Assembly (NCBI GenBank): GCA_951406725.2
Contig: OX597817.1
Location: 17,608,001-17,672,000, forward strand
DNA length: 64,000 bases
Direction: 5' to 3'
Origin: Octopus vulgaris
Taxonomy: Eukaryota
Both the position numbers and the translations under genes were made by a program. The notes below the pieces were generated by a model that worked only from the letters and a program-made list of their open reading frames with translations, had not been told where the DNA came from and ran no database searches. Below are positions 38,745-50,736 of this stretch, piece by piece (within the stretch, counting starts at the first letter, position 1; each line of letters begins with the position of its first letter).

Positions 38745-39013
38745 ATTTACTTGTGGTAAATGTAAAGTCGGTATTTCAGAAGGATTTTTATGTATGTCTG
38801 TCTAACTATCTGTGATCTGTAAATGTACACGTACGTGTGTGTGTGTACACACACACACACACACGCATACACACACATGCACACACACAGAGTTTGAATG
38901 CTTAATTTTAACACAAGTGCCAGTAATGTGACGTTGGTAAGGATCATGCACTATAAAATGCTTATATAGTTATTTCCCTTACAAACCCGAGCAACGCCGG
39001 GCGATACTGCTAG
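38745..39013 (+). mobile_element. Non-autonomous Helitron 3' end
   Basis: Hairpin CCCG-AGCAACGC-CGGG followed by CTAG|T at 39010-39014; last 60 bp shared with 49958-50018. 5' boundary uncertain. Confidence 0.7.
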
Positions 39014-39519
39014 TATAGTTATAAATTCAAATCTTGCTGTATCTATCATGTAAACCTCTCTACATAACACATAATTTGCTCATTTGAAAACTTTGTTCTG
39101 CTTAATTGTAGCGCATTGTTTCGTTCTAGGAAGGGCAGCTAACAGGAAAAAGAATAGTTTGCAACAATATGCAAATATTCAAATCTCAGAAAAAAAAAAA
39201 AAAATCATGCTTGCATTTGTTTTAAAAACTCTTAGCAAGCATACTTATTTTCTTGTGAGATTGATTGAAGGAAGTAGTTTCTTCTGTAAGAATGCTTTGT
39301 AATGCTTTGCCATTATCCATAAATCAAGCCTAGCAACTGAACACTGCAGATATCATAAGATCTCTCTCACTGGTTAAGGCTCCTTGAAAAGAGAAAACTT
39401 CCTTTATAGGCATATATATGCCTATATATGGCTGAGTGGTTTAGATGCTTACTTTGCAACCATGTAGTTTCAGGTTCAGTCCCACTGTATGGCACTTTGG
39501 TCTAGTGTCTTTTACTATA

Positions 39520-39914
39520 GGTGTAGGAGTGGCCGTGTGGTAATTAGCTTGCTTACCAACCACATGGTTCCGGGTTCAGTCCCACTGCATGGCACCTTGG
39601 GCAAGTGTCTTCTACTATAGCCTCGGGCTGACCAAAGCCTTGTAAGTGGATTTGGTAGATGGAAACTGAAAGAAGCCCATCGTATATATGTATGTATATA
39701 TATATGTGTGTGTGTGTATGTTTGTGTGTCTGTGTTTGTCCCCCCAACATCGCTTGACAACTGATGCTGGTGTGTTTTCGTCCCCGTAACTTAGTGGTTT
39801 GGCAAAAGAGACCAATGGAATAAGTACTAGGCTTACAAAGAATAAGTCCTGGGGTTGATTTGCTCGAGTAAAGGCGGTGCTCCAGCATGGCCACAGTCAA
39901 ACAAGTAAAAGAGT
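39520..39914 (+). mobile_element. SINE family A (partial copies adjacent at 39410-39519 and 39999-40228)
   Basis: Full-length match to the family consensus. Confidence 0.88.
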
Positions 39915-40228
39915 ATAGTTCTGGGCTAACAAATGCCGAGTGAGTGAATTTGGTGGAAGAAACTGTGTGGAAGCCCATTGTATATATATATATATATATC
40001 CTTTATCTTTTACTTGTTTCAGTCATTAGACTGCAGTCATGCTGAGACACCACCTTGAACTTTTAGTTGAATGAACTGATCCCAGTACTGCCTTTTTATG
40101 CCTATCAGTCTCTTTTGCCAAACCACTAAGTTATGTGGACACAAACACACCAGCATCGGTTGTCAAGTGGTAGTAGGGGGACAAACACAAACAAAAATGC
40201 ACACACATAGATATATACATACATACGA

Positions 40229-40422
40229 TAATGGACCGTTAGCTCCGACACGCATTTTTTTTCTCTCCTTGTTTCTTTTCTGTGTATCTTTTTGTCGAAG
40301 AGCATAGGCTCGAAACGTAAAAGACTTGTTCTATTTCTATTCCTGAGCACCATACTAATACATTTGTTTGTTTGTACTCCACCTGCCTTCGTCTTTTGTT
40401 TATTTTCGTAAACCTTCCCGTT
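40229..40422 (+). mobile_element. Penelope-like terminal repeat fragment, second family, with hammerhead-like motif (40287-40324)
   Basis: TCTTT-TTGTCGA-A-GAGC ATAG GCTC-GAAA-CGT-A-AAAGA, ends at (TA)n; inverted sister copy at about 61847-62110. Confidence 0.7.
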
Positions 40423-40467
40423 ATATATATATATATACATATATATATCTATATATATGTGTGTGTG

Positions 40468-40500
<33 letters not shown>

Positions 40501-40504
<4 letters not shown>

Positions 40505-42748
40505 TTATTTGTAAAAAAGAAGTTTGAAAACGCCACTATATTAGATAAATTTTAATTTTCTTATGAATTTTACATGTTTCGGTTCTTGAAAAAACGAACC
40601 TTATCAAAAATATTATTAAAAAATATTATAAAAAGTGTAATGGAGAAGTTCATAATCGGTTCTAACTGGTCTCGAACCGTATCAAAAATATTATACAAAG
40701 TGAAAATTGAAAAGTTCATAATCCTTTCTTACAGTTAATCGCTATATTCCTGTTGAGTGTATTGAAGAAGTCCATTATTGTTTCTTGCTGGTATTAAAAG
40801 GAACCGCTTTTTTGTTACTTTGTGTTCCAATGGTAGCAACAGTAATGATTTTTGGTCATAGTAGTTGGTCGTAATTTTGGCAACCTTGGTGGTGGTTGGG
40901 GTTGACTGTTGATCGTAGCAGCAAAAAGTGGTGGGTTCACTGGCACTGTTCACTGATGTCACATAATTCCAAACCAAGCAAAACCAAACTTCAACAAATA
41001 CAAGGTAGAGACCCCCAACTGTATCCTGTAAGGAAACCAACCAAGTAGAACGACAAGCTTGACCGCGGAAGAAAAACGTCATCAATTTTTTAACGAATCA
41101 AAATCAGCTCTGACCCATAACTGTATCCTGTAAGGAAACCAACCAAGTAGAACGACAAGCTTGACCGTGGAAGAAAAACGTCATCAATTTTTTAACGAAT
41201 CAAAATCAGCTCTGACCCATAACTGTATCCTGTAAGGAAACCAACCAAGCAGAACGACAAGTTTGACGACGGAAGAAAAACGTCATCAATTTTTTAACGA
41301 ATCAAAATCAGATCTGCTCGTAGAAAGAAATTTTTTCTTTATAAATTCATTTTTCCCTAAAACATACCACTGCAAGTGGGAGTGACTGTTTAAAGATCTG
41401 AGAAATTGTAATTCCACAATTGTAATTGTGGTAGAATTTCATTTTTCCTTTTCGGAAGACCAATGTTTTGTTTTAATATTCCTGGCCCAGGGTGTTCAAA
41501 CTTGGTCTACATTTTTTGATGAAATAAAGTTCCTTATTTTGGCGTTGGGTGAAGGTTACGCTGTCACTGAATTTGTAAAGTGGGTAAGTTGTAAATTTCA
41601 GATTTTCATTTGTAGCACATCTATCTATGTGTCCGCTGACCGGTATTTTCCGGTATTCAGGGTTTCTAATTTGGGATTTATGCACCGCCATCCTTTTACG
41701 TAAGCTATTTTTTGTATGGCCTATATACTGCCTATTGTAGCCTGCGCATGTTAAGACGTAAATAAAGTTTTCTGATGCACAGGTGAAGTTTGTTCTAATG
41801 GTGAACTGATGGCATTGTTCTAGTATAAATTCTGAACCTTCTACCAAGATGACACAGATTCCGCAGTTGGGCCTTCCACATATTCTAACTGCTGGTTTTG
41901 TGGTTGATGTTGAGTGCAGTTTAGCTTGGGTTAAAATCCTTTTCAAGGATTTTGGTTGCCGTTTACTTTTAATGATGGTGTGTGTTTCGAGTATCTGGTT
42001 CATCTTTGGGTCTCCCTTTAGTAGGGCTGTGCTTTGTAGTATGGTGCTGAAGGCCTCATTGTTAAGTGGGTTGTGTGTAGAGATGTAGGGAAGGGTTTTT
42101 AATTTTTCTTTCTCTTTTGGTTTTGTTTGTCTCAGGTCTTATATATTTAATTTAAGTGCCCGTTGGATTGCACTGTCTATTAGGGACTGTGGATAATTTC
42201 TGTTTATGAGTGTAGTTCTAAGTTCCTGGAGACGTGTATGTGGGGTGTTTGTGTCTGATATTATGGTGCAAATCCTTCTAGCTAAACAAAAAGGGACATT
42301 TATTCTAGTGTGTCTTGGGTGGTATGAATCAAAGTGTAGGTACTGTTTGGAATCTGTCGGTTTATAATAGATATCTGTCTCTATTTTGTTGCCGGCTTTC
42401 TTAATGAGGATGTCTAAAAATGGTAATTCCTCTTCGTTATGATCCATCGTGAATTGTATATTATCATTTATTCCATTTAATAGTATTTTAAATTCCTCAA
42501 GTTTCTCTATACTTTTATCCCAGAGGATAAAGCAGTCGTTGAGGTATCTTTTCCAGTTGTTCTGGATATAGGTGGAGAAGGTGTTTCCATATTTCTCGAG
42601 TGTTATCTGGTAGAGTATTTTTTCGAGGTATCCCATCACTAGGTTGGCAAAAGAAGGCGCAGTACGCGTGCCCATCGCTGTTCCCGATCTTTGTCTGTAG
42701 CAATTATTGTCAAAAATAAAGTAATTGTTTTCTAAAATAAATCTAAGT
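40501..42748 (-). mobile_element. Penelope-like retroelement, 5'-truncated (RT + GIY-YIG endonuclease + 3' repeats)
   Basis: GTAMGTRTAPSFANLVMG, WKRYLNDCF, LPFLDI, DIYYKPTD (PLE RT); CGRPNCGIC, FIYVLTC...QYIGHT...RMAVH, PSLN (GIY-YIG); ends at (TA)n. Confidence 0.93.
41017..41316. repeat. Tandem repeat, 102-bp unit, about 2.9 copies, in the Penelope 3' region
   Basis: AACTGTATCCTGTAAGGAAACC starts at 41017, 41119 and 41221. Confidence 0.95.
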
Positions 42749-43231
42749 CCTTACGATGGGTTTCTTTTAGTTTCCATCTACCAAATCCACTCACAAAGCT
42801 TTGGTCAGCCCAAGGTTATAGTAGAAGACACTAGCCTAAGATGCCACACAGTGGGACTGAACCCGGAACCATGTGACTGGGAAGCAAGCTTCTTACCACA
42901 CAGCTACGCCTGCACCTATACGTTCATTTGTCTTTGTGATTGTGTTGTATTTGTCCCTCACTACTGCTTGACAACTGGTGTTGTTTGTTTACATCCTCGT
43001 GACTTAGCACTTTGGTTAAAGAGACTGATAGAATAAGTAAGTGCCAGATTTTTAAAAAATAATTACTGGGATCGATTTGTTCAACTAAAACCCTTTAAGG
43101 CAGTACACCATCATCACCATCACTATCACCAGGGTCAGTAACTGAAACAAGTAAAATGTAAATGACCAATTTATGATATTGAATCTGTGTATATTTTCAT
43201 TATTAATATCAACAGTTTTAATTTCATAACA

Positions 43232-43459
43232 GGTGCAAGAGTGGCTGTGTGGTAAGTAGCTTGCTTACCAACCTTATGGTCCCGGGTTCAGTCCCACTCC
43301 GTGGCACCTTGGGAAAGTGTCTTCTACTATAGCCTCGGGCTGATCAAAGCCTTGTGGGTGGATTTGGTAGACAAAAACTGAAAGAAGCCTGTCGTATATA
43401 TGTATATATATATATATATATCCCATGGAGGGTTGCATTTACAACCCCTATCTCAATTT

Positions 43460-43491
<32 letters not shown>

Positions 43492-43718
43492 TTGTGTGTC
43501 TGTGTTTGTCTCTCCACCCCCATCCCCCGCCAACATCACTTGACAACCAATGCTGGTATGTTTACGTCCCCGTAACTTAGCAGTTGGGCAAAAAGAGACC
43601 GATAGAAAAAGTTCTAGGCTTACAAAGAATAAGTCCTAGATTCGATTTACTTGACTAAAGGCAGTGCTCCAGCATGGCCGCAGTCGAATGACTGAAACAA
43701 GTAAAAGAGTAAAGAGTA
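43232..43718 (+). mobile_element. SINE family A
   Basis: Full-length match. Confidence 0.9.
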
Positions 43719-44146
43719 TTATGGAATTAAAGAAAAACATTAAGAAAAGATTTAACATTTTGAAAATTGACCTACTATTAGCTCATATGCGCAGCATTAT
43801 CTCTCGCTATATGTTTTTTATATAAACTTTGTACATTATGTGATATTTTAGTTAAATATTTAAATTGTATATTTACATATTCACTTGAATAAACATCACT
43901 CTTATCTTTCCTTCACCAAATGTTTTGTTATGTAAAGAGCCGTTCCTTCACTAAATCTTTTATCATATAAACTATAGACATTATAGATGAATGGACTGTT
44001 TTAATCTCTATAAATTCTTTTTATTCTTTTCTGGTCCTTGGAGTCATTCAGCACATTTAGAAATGATCAATGCTGGTATTTTATCTATGATGGTTGTTGT
44101 TGTTTAACTCCATGTCAGCTCTGATCAAGCAGTTTCAGATAATCTA

Positions 44147-44529
44147 TACTCTTTTACTCTTTTACTTGTTTCAGTCATTTGACTGCGGCCATGCTGGAGC
44201 ACCACCTTTTAGTCGAGCAAATCGACCCCGGTACTTATTCTTTGTAAGCCCAGTACTTATTCTATCGGTCTCTTTTGCCGAACCGCTATGTGACGGGGAC
44301 GTAAACACACCAGCATCGGTTGTCAAGCAATGCTAGGGGGACAAACACAGACACACAAACATATACACACACACTTATATATATACATATATACGACAGG
44401 CTTCTTTCAGTTTCCGTCTACCAAATCCACTCACAAGGCTTTGGTCGGCCCGGGGCTATAGCAGAAAACACTTGCCCAAGATGCCACGCAGTGGGACTGA
44501 ACCCGGAACCACACAGCCACTCCTGCGCC
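44147..44529 (-). mobile_element. SINE family A inserted in a family D repeat
   Basis: Match with a small internal deletion in the head. Confidence 0.9.
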
Positions 44530-44769
44530 TATCTAGGACTAAATTATTCAATATGTCTTTCTTTTTTATCTAAAAGAAGGTAAGGTATGGCTATAAGAGA
44601 ATTTGGATGTGATTTCTAGCCAGTTGTGCAACTAGCTAGAGGCATTCTCATGGGTTGCCTTCTATGACTTAGAGTACGGATAAAAAAAAATTGCTTTTTG
44701 TGCCATGTACAGTGAAACCTGGATTGACCATACACATATTTATTCTTATCATGTCCAGGCATTTCAGAT

Positions 44770-45366
44770 GAGCTGGCAGAATCATTAGCACGCCAGGAGA
44801 AATGCGTAGCCGTATTTCGTCTGCTGTTATGTTCTGAGTTCAAATTCCGCCGAAGTCGACTTTGCCTTTCATCCTTTCGGGGTCGATAAATTAAGTACCA
44901 GTTACACAGTGGGGGTCGATGTAATCAACTTAATCCGTTTGTCTGTCCTTGTTTGTCCCCTCTATGTTTAGCCACTTGTGGATAGTAAAGAAATAGGTAT
45001 TTTGTCTGCTGTTATGTTCTGAGTTAAAATTCTGCCGAGGTCGACTTTGCCTCTCATCCTTTCAGGGGTCGATAAATTAAGTACCAGTTACACAGTGGGG
45101 TCGATGTAATCGACTTAATCCGTTTGTCTGTCCTTGTTTGTCCCCTCTATGTTTAGCCCCTTGTGGATAGTAAAGAAATAGGTATTTTATCTGCTGTTAT
45201 GTTCTGAGTTCAAATTCCGCCGAAGTCGACTTTGCCTTTCATCCTTTCGGGGTCGATAAATTAAGTACCAGTTACACAGTGGGGTCGATGTAATCGACTT
45301 AATCCGTTTGTCTGTCCTTGTTTGTCCCCTGTATGTTTAGCCCCTTGTGGGTAATAAAGAAACAGA
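44770..45366 (+). mobile_element. SINE family C, tandem trimer
   Basis: Head 44770-44811; bodies start at 44812, 44997 and 45182 (period 185). Confidence 0.9.
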
Positions 45367-45913
45367 TATAAAATATGCTGGCTGCTGTAATGTATGTTAT
45401 AGGAGAATAACCCCTCCCTTTTACAACAGTGTGTTCAACATGCTTGGCTCATTGGTACACATCGTTCTAGGAAACTGGTGTTTTGACATGTTGTGTCTGT
45501 CAGCCAGAAGTAGCCAGAGCTTTGAACTTAAACTAAGCTGCTTGCATAGCAAAGAAATTGTCTTGCTGGCTGTACTCATATCAGCCAACCAAAAGAATCG
45601 TTACAGTGTACAGTGAGACCTGGAATAATTGGTACAGATAATTTCATCTTTAAATGTATATCAAACCACATCATAATGACACTGTTGTACAATGTCAAAT
45701 ACAAAACTAAATGATATGGCAATAGAAATAGCTGTTTATCCTAAGACAGTATATAAGTACAGTAGCTTGTTGTTCTGTGTATGTAATGTTATCTTGTAGT
45801 TTATTTTCCTTCCAATGTATTCTAATATTTGGCATATAGTTTTATCTGCTTTGTCATCATCACTATCATCATAATGTCTACATGTTGCTACTGGCATACA
45901 TCATACAGACTTG

Positions 45914-46887
45914 AAATTACTCTGCATCAAGCAGACCTGTGATCAAAGGCATTCTAAATGTGTCTTTTCCTGAGGCAAAGTTCCCTCAGCACTATACTTT
46001 CAGTGCTTTTTTTCGGGGGGGGGGGTTCCTAAGATAGTACGGTGGAATTTGTGAGAGATTTGGTTGCCATTGGCTCAGAATAGGACAGTAAATAGTGTTA
46101 GCATGATGTGGGAGTTACTGCGTTAGTACATGCATAGCAATAGATAGGGATGATACTACAGGAATAAGAACTATGAGGACTTGATGAGTGATAGAGACCC
46201 ACAATGGAAGTAAACTCGTAGATTCTTATGAAGAAAGAGGCTCAGATTTGAGATAAGTCACTGAGGGAGCCTCATTGACCAGTTTGGGATAGCAGCTAAA
46301 TATTTCTCATATCAAACGGTTGATGGTTTTAGCATCAGGTCAGCTTCGATCAAGCAAACCTTTACACAAAGTTTCAGCCATGACTAGCCTTTTTTTCCCC
46401 TTTTTATATCTAGGACTACATTGTAACCATTCTTTTTTTTATATGGCAAAGCATGATATGAGAAATATTTAGCTGCTATCCCAAACTGGTCAATGGGGCT
46501 CCCTCATTGACTTTTCTCATTTAGTATTTCAAATCCACTCAGGCTCCATATGCTCAAATCTGAGCCCCTTTCTTCATAAGAATCAATGAGTTTACTTCCA
46601 TTGTGGGTCTCTTTCATTCATCAAGTCCTCATAGTTCTTATTCCTGTAGTATCATCCCTATCTATTGCTATGCACGTACTAACGCAGTGACTCCCACATC
46701 ACGCTAATACCATTTACTGTCCAGTTCTGAGCCAATGGCAACCAAATCTCTCAAATTCCACTGTACTATCTTAGGAAAAAACCTCCCCAAAAATGCACTG
46801 AAAGTATAGTGCTGAGTGCACTTTGCCTCAGGAAAAGACATATTTAGAATGCTTCTGATCACAGGTCTGCTTGATACAGAGTAATTT
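45914..46887. repeat. Long inverted repeat: arms 45914-46314 and 46454-46887, 139-bp spacer
   Basis: Arms align over their full length with about 20 scattered substitutions and one 37-bp indel. Confidence 0.95.
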
Positions 46888-48169
46888 TGGGGCAAAACTG
46901 ACAACTTCCCAGTTGCTTTCTCTAATATGGTAATATTACATAACTTGTCTTATATTTATTTATTTCTATTCATAGATAATTTGAATAATTGCCAGTATTT
47001 CACTGCCATATACCAGCATATTTCCTACATAATGCATATCTTCCCATTCTGATACTTCAAAGATAAATTAGATACTTTAGTGTTTCTTTATATATATAAA
47101 GCACATTTGTAGGTGCAGAGTCTTGGTTGTGATGGTTTAAACAGAGTAAAGAACTACAGAGCACATCTCTCCAAGTGGCGTTATGTCTAGATATTATATA
47201 TTTCAGAGACACTCTCTGCTATAGAAGAAAAAAGAATGGCATGGCTGTGTAGATTAGAAGTTTGCTTTGCAACCATGTAGTTTTGGGTTCAGTCCTAGCA
47301 TATGGCATCTTGGGCAAGTGTCTTCTACTATGGCCTTGTAAGTGAATTTGGTAGACAGAAGCTGTGCGGAAGCCCATCCATGTGTGTGTGTGTGCGTATT
47401 AATATATATGTGTGTGTACCATCATCATCGTCATCATTTAACATCTGTCTTTCATGCTGGCTTGGATTGGACAGTTTGACAGGAGCTAGCAAGCCAGAAA
47501 GCTGCACCAGGCTCCATTTTCTACTTGGGCATGGCTTCTACAGCTGGATGCCCTTCCAAATGCCAAACACTTTACAGAGTGTACTGGGTGCCTTTTGCAT
47601 GGCATTGACATGAATGGGGCCAAGTAACTTGTGAGACAAAAACCTCTCAGCTAGGAAAGGGAGTGGAATTGGGGGAAGTGGCTTTGTGCCAGGTGAGGGG
47701 TTAGAGTATAATAGTAAGGTAGAGATTGGTATCTTACTGTCGAGATACTTGGCTTCCGTCAGTAGGAAAAGAGAGAAGAGGAAGGAGAGAGAGAGTAAGA
47801 GAGAAGGATAGAGAGACAGTCAGAGTAAGAGAGAGAGAAAAATAGATAAGTTGGAGAAGCATCAGGACTTACCCTCAGGTGTTGGGTATAAGTGGTACAG
47901 AAGGGGACAGAGGGAGATGTTCCATAAGAGTGTGAAGGGAGGTGTTTAGAAATGGAAGTGACTGTAGCAAGTGATGGTGAGAGAGACTGGAATAGCTGGT
48001 AGGGGTCATGGTAGATATGTGAGGGCATGGAGAATGTGTGGATAGGCATGTGAGGAAGAGAGGAAGGGCCTGCAGTGGATAGTGATTATGGGTGATGGAA
48101 TGAAGGAAGTGTTGGGAAGATGGGTTGTGGGGTAGTTTTGACAGAGGACATATGGTGTGTGTAAGAGTG

Positions 48170-48635
48170 GAGCATGGCCTGCCATGGTTTTGCTTAGCTT
48201 GCCATGTCTTCTCAAACACAACAAATTGCCAGAAGTCTCAGTCCCTTGTTATATCCTTTGTGAGGCTTAACATCTGAAGATCATTTCTCATCACTGTGTC
48301 CCATATTTTCCTGGGTCTACCTCTTCCATAGGTTTCCTCCACAATTAGAGATTCGCACATACTTAGGCAGCTGTCCTCATCTATATGCATCACATGACCA
48401 CGCCAGCACAGCCTTCTCTCTTGCACACTACATCTGATGCCTCTTATACCCAATTTTCCTCTTAAAACACTGACACCCTGTTGTACTTGCTCACTAAAAT
48501 TGCATATCCAGCAACACATGCTGGCTTCATTTCTTTCAAGCCTTCACATGCTGTCTGCAGTACGGCCCATGTTTCACTGCCATGTAGCATAGCCGTACGT
48601 ACACGGGCATCATACAATCTGCCTTTTACTTTTTC
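48170..48635 (-). mobile_element. RTE LINE C-terminal fragment
   Basis: RRLCWRGHVMH...GRGRPRKIW (ORF 48238..48519). Confidence 0.8.
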
Positions 48636-49639
48636 GTCATCATCATCATCATTTTACGTCCGCTTTCCATGCTAGCATGGGTTGGACAATTTGACTGAGG
48701 TATGGTGAACCAGGCTCCAATCTGATCTGGCAGAGTTTCTACAGCTGGATGCCCTTCCTAACGCCAACCACTCCAAGAGTGTAGTGGCTGCTTTTATGTG
48801 CCACCGGCACGAGGACCAGTTTGGTGGTACTGGCAACGGCCATGCCCAAATGGTGCTTTTTATGTGCCACCTGCACAGGAGCCAGTCCAGTGGCACTGGT
48901 GACAACCTCGCTCGAATGTTTCACGTGCCACCAGCACTAGTGCTAGTAAGGCAACGCGGTAACGATCACGCTCAAATTGTGTGTTTAACATGCCATCGGC
49001 ACGAAGGCCAGCTTGTTGCTCTGGCAACGATCTCACTCGTATGGTCCTCTTAGCACCGGACGCCAGTCTTCTCTCTGCTTATTTATTTCCTGCTATCTTT
49101 TTATTGCTTCATATATTAAATAGGTTGATAATAAACTTACATTAACATTACATCAAATATATTAATACTAACATTAGATATGTTAACATACATTGAATAT
49201 GTTAATACTAACTTAAATGTTGGGAGTTTTTTTCTCATGCTTATGTCATCTCTGATTTATTTAATTTCTACATAATCCTATGCCAATCAATGTACTATCT
49301 TTCATATTTACTCAGTGATTTTTTTATCATTAATTCAACAAATAGGGTGGGTGACAGTAGGGAAGGGCTTACCCTCAAACCAGAGACTTGGTCTAAATAC
49401 TTGCAACATATTAGACTTCACTCAATGTACTCAAGGGCCACCAGCAGGTGACATTAAACCAGGTAATGGATTAAGTTTATTTGTCTGACTTCCACATCAG
49501 TTCTGTTTGCCAAATTTCACTCATAAATCGTTAGTTAACCCAGGGTTATAATAGAAGACACTTGCCCAAGATTCCATAGGGTGGGATTGAACCTTAATAC
49601 CACATACTTGCAAAGGAAACTTCTTTGTAACATACCTTT

Positions 49640-50018
49640 GCAAACACCAGTTCAAAAGGTACTGCTTCGTTCTCCTACGATATAGATTCCTAACTACTCC
49701 CACATTTTGCGGTGCAGTTTAACCAAAACCGGGTATCTTATTGTCGTGATTCATATCGAGCCCTTCTGGGTATTAGCGCACGTCTACGATTTAAAAAATA
49801 ATTTACCATCAATTTTTCCCATTTTTAATGCATTTTTGGCATATATAAGGGAAGTAACTCTCTAAAAAATTATTAAATCTCAGAAAGTAAAAAGCTACAG
49901 TAACACCCCCCCCTTTGTGGTTAGCCATATTGAGATGGCTATTATACTTTACATCTCTAAAAATGCTTATATAGTTATTTCCCTTACAAACCCGAGCAAC
50001 GCCGAGCGATACTGCTAG
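49640..50018 (+). mobile_element. Non-autonomous Helitron 3' end
   Basis: Same subterminal hairpin and CTAG|T (50015-50019) as the 39-kb copy; 5' boundary uncertain. Confidence 0.65.
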
Positions 50019-50736
50019 TAACATATATATTTTAACTTAATTATTTTCAACCATAAGACGAACAAGCTGGTAGAACTATTACCATGCCAGACAAAATGCT
50101 TAGTAGCATTTCTTGACTGAATGTTCTGAGTTCAAATGCAGCCAAGGTTGACTTTGCCTTTCATCTTTTTGGGGTCAGAAAAATAAATTACTCATCAAGT
50201 ACTGGGATCACTGAAAACAAACCCCCTCCTTCTAATATTACAATTATTACGTGCTCTTTTCTTGCTCTTTAAAAATCTTAAATACAAAACCAATGTTTTT
50301 ACAGTTAAAAACTTTTTGACTAAACTGACACATCAACTAAATTACATGATAAAACTAGTTTTCTATTCTATCTATACTTATTATATCATGATTCTTTTTA
50401 TATTATTTTTAATATCCTGTACACACTTATTATCTTACTGTAATCCCTCACCATATTGCGGTTCACCTCTCATGCACTCAGTACATTGAGATTCACCTAT
50501 CACAAAACAGTACATTGTGGTTCACCTATCTCGCACTCAATATATCGTGAAGTTTTTTGACTAATTTATGTAAATTTATATCGTGGACTCCTCAGTATAT
50601 CGCGAGTTTCTGCAACTGATAAATATTTATATTTTTTTAGATTTTAATCATTTCTGTGGTAAAATTTTTACGCCTAAAAATTAATAAATAAAAGTAGAGT
50701 ACAGTGCTGCACTGTATAACACATTAATTAAAATAT

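Noticed and set aside
48786-49045. Repeat-spacer pattern resembling CRISPR
   Set aside because: Internal modules of an RTE 3' UTR; the variable parts are homologous to each other.
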